From positions 1,417 through 65,416 of the forward strand of contig JAQTQS010000002.1 of the NCBI GenBank assembly GCA_028712125.1: a stretch of DNA of 64,000 bases, given 5' to 3'. The translations under genes and the position numbers were made by a program. Below the pieces are notes generated by a model that saw nothing but the letters and a program-made list of their open reading frames with translations, was not told where the DNA came from and ran no database searches. Origin of the DNA: Candidatus Altiarchaeota archaeon. Its GTDB lineage: Archaea; Altiarchaeota; Altiarchaeia; IMC4; SCGC-AAA252-I15. Shown piece by piece: positions 62,397 through 64,000 of this stretch (within the stretch, counting starts at the first letter, position 1; the number at the start of each line of letters is the position of its first letter).

Positions 62397-63316
62397 GCTT
62401 CACCAAGTATCTTCTCAAAGTACCTTTTCACCAGCTCCTCGTTGCCCGGCCCGACCGCGCACTCGTCGCAGGATTCCGAGGTCTGAGCCCTTTCGGCGCC
62501 CGCTTCGACCGCCATCTGCTCCCTGCTGCCGTCGTCGTCCTTTATCTCAATCTCGCCGCCGTAGTCCGGATGCAGGTCAAGGTCCACGTTCTCGCCCTCT
62601 ATCGCCGCATTCGACGGCTTTCCGAATATGTCCGTTGACTCGTCCGAGCCCACGCCGCCGGCGGTTCCGGGTATCGGGCCGGCTAGTGCGCCGGGCCGGT
62701 CGCCTCCGGGGTCTGCGCCCATCTTCTCATCCTCCTTTTCCGTTGTCAGGTTGCTGTTCTCCCAGCGGTCTTCGCCGCCGGTCAGGCGTTCGTATTCGAT
62801 GCCCCGCTCGCGGAGCGCATCGCCGACGCCTCTCATCAGGCTGTTGAGGTCCAGGGCGCCGCCGGCCATCCCGCGAAAGTCAATGACCGTTATTATGAGG
62901 ATGAGGAATATGAGCGCCATTGAAGTCATCACCCTTGACGACACTTTCCTTGATTCGAAGAATTCCGAGGATTCCATCACGTCGAGCTCGCCTGTCACGT
63001 CCTTTATGAGGCTTTCGACTATTATGTTGCCGGGATTGTCCTGGTTGTCGTGGGCGGTTGACAGCCGCTCGTCGAGTTTCTTGTGCTTTTTTTCGATAGT
63101 GCCGAGGATGTTGCTTTTCATCAATGCGGCTGCCGACTCGAAAACCAGGTAGGCGGCTGCAGGTATTAGCGCGTATGCGATGTTTATGCCGAGTATCGTC
63201 ATCAATACCCCGACCGCGAGGAATAGGACGAGTGCGTCGAGGAGTATGCCGAAAAATTGTATCGCGAGCATTGTTCTCCCCGCCTCTGCGATTTTTTTCA
63301 CGAATTCGGTTTTCAT
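62393..63316 (-). CDS. Hypothetical membrane protein, second gene of the MoxR operon
   Basis: 307 aa with three hydrophobic helices, a Gly/Asp/Glu-rich C-terminal half and a terminal ELVKRYFEKILGEA. Overlaps both neighbours by 4 nt. Confidence 0.55.
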   Translation of the reverse strand: MKTEFVKKIAEAGRTMLAIQFFGILLDALVLFLAVGVLMTILGINIAYALIPAAAYLVFESAAALMKSNILGTIEKKHKKLDERLSTAHDNQDNPGNIIVESLIKDVTGELDVMESSEFFESRKVSSRVMTSMALIFLILIITVIDFRGMAGGALDLNSLMRGVGDALRERGIEYERLTGGEDRWENSNLTTEKEDEKMGADPGGDRPGALAGPIPGTAGGVGSDESTDIFGKPSNAAIEGENVDLDLHPDYGGEIEIKDDDGSREQMAVEAGAERAQTSESCDECAVGPGNEELVKRYFEKILGEA

Positions 63317-63999
63317 GTCTGGCTCATCTCGGTAATCTTTGACTCCAGCTGGGCGATGCTGTACAGCAGGCTGTCCAAGAGGTCGTCTATAGCGTTCGCA
63401 TTTTTCTCGATATCCTCTGCATAGTTGATTATAACCGTGTCGTTGGACCGGGACTTTATATCGCCCGCAATGTCATCTATCTCCCCTGCTTTCGTGCTTA
63501 CGTCATCCTCCCTATCCCTGACGGCGTTAGTCAGGCTGAGCATAGGCCCTTTCATATTCCTCACCGCGTCTATGCGGTCCTGGAGTTTGGTTGCCTCGCG
63601 CTCCTTCAGCTGGTAGTCCCACCGGCAGACTTCGTACTCCCTTTTCGTGGCGTTCCAGAGGATAATATACCGTTCGCGGTCGGTCATGGTCTTGTTAAGC
63701 TTGTCCTCAAGGTAGCCCTTCTCGTTCCTCAGGTCCACGAAGTGCGCGCCAAGCGACGTCTCGCGCTCCTTCGACAAATTGAGCTCGCTTATATAATCGT
63801 TCAAAATCCCCTCCTTCCTGTTCAATTGCTCTTCCTTGGCCCGGACCTCCTCGATGGTCTTGTTCAGCTGTTCGGCGGCGGCCGTTATGTCTTGCCGCGA
63901 GTCGTCGTAGCGCTCCTTCAGCTCTTCATAAGTCTGCTTGTAATACATGGTCATTCCGAGCATTGCGACCAGGCTTACTGCCAGAAGTCCGCCGAGCAT
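63313..63999 (-). CDS. N-terminally anchored coiled-coil protein, first visible gene of the MoxR operon (start at the window edge, possibly longer)
   Basis: TM (LLAVSLVAMLGMTMYY) followed by about 200 aa of heptad-like Glu/Lys/Leu-rich sequence. Confidence 0.55.
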   Translation of the reverse strand: MLGGLLAVSLVAMLGMTMYYKQTYEELKERYDDSRQDITAAAEQLNKTIEEVRAKEEQLNRKEGILNDYISELNLSKERETSLGAHFVDLRNEKGYLEDKLNKTMTDRERYIILWNATKREYEVCRWDYQLKEREATKLQDRIDAVRNMKGPMLSLTNAVRDREDDVSTKAGEIDDIAGDIKSRSNDTVIINYAEDIEKNANAIDDLLDSLLYSIAQLESKITEMSQT

Positions 64000-64000
64000 G

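Noticed and set aside
62347-62847. 166-aa Arg/Pro/Ser-rich plus-strand ORF
   Set aside because: It is antisense to the MoxR-operon membrane gene and shows typical GC-rich shadow composition.
1-64000. Looked for CRISPR arrays, tRNA/rRNA genes, transposases/integrases, reverse transcriptase (DGR), restriction-modification or toxin-antitoxin pairs
   Set aside because: I saw no regularly spaced direct repeats with unique spacers, no T-loop-like GGTTCGAATCC-type sequences and no recognisable catalytic motifs of these families. The visual scan is not exhaustive, so tRNAscan-SE, Infernal/Rfam and CRISPR finders should be run to confirm.

Overview
This window is a nearly gap-free, gene-dense stretch of an archaeal chromosome. 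The archaeal assignment rests on class III (prepilin-type) signal peptides, CDP-archaeol synthase, isopentenyl phosphate kinase, the AcnX/UbiD-type mevalonate route, Trm1, and TATA-like boxes about 25-30 nt upstream of start codons. Very short or overlapping gene junctions suggest a streamlined, possibly DPANN-like uncultivated lineage, but I cannot place it taxonomically. All calls come from reading the supplied ORF translations and the DNA; no homology search was run. Main blocks: (1) housekeeping genes: SMC (5'-truncated by the window edge), NurA-like nuclease, type IA topoisomerase, ACT protein plus homoserine dehydrogenase. (2) A CDP-alcohol phosphatidyltransferase overlapping a radical SAM gene. 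(3) An OB-fold ssDNA-binding gene paired with an odd Lys/Cys/acid-rich gene. (4) A ~12 kb minus-strand type IV pilus-like locus with a PilB/FlaI-type ATPase, two T2SS-F membrane genes and four class III signal-peptide proteins. Two of these are giant adhesin-like proteins, one with a vWA domain and one with poly-Ser repeats plus a jelly-roll domain. (5) Isoprenoid and ether-lipid genes scattered over ~25 kb: UbiA-family prenyltransferase, IDI-2, GGPP synthase, IPK, MVK, AcnX large and small subunits, UbiD-like decarboxylase, UbiX, CarS, and an extra divergent MVD-family paralog. (6) An operon encoding that MVD-like protein, a polytopic spermidine-synthase-like protein, a small 2-TM protein and an AmmeMemoRadiSam-type radical SAM enzyme with a textbook twin-arginine signal, lying tail-to-tail with tatC-tatA. 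(7) A very AT-rich 178-bp spacer with iteron-like repeats upstream of a small wHTH gene and a modular Cys-rich lipoprotein. (8) A MoxR-DUF58-vWA-vWA (Bat-like) operon extended by two upstream genes. I found no rRNA, tRNA, CRISPR array, transposase or integrase.
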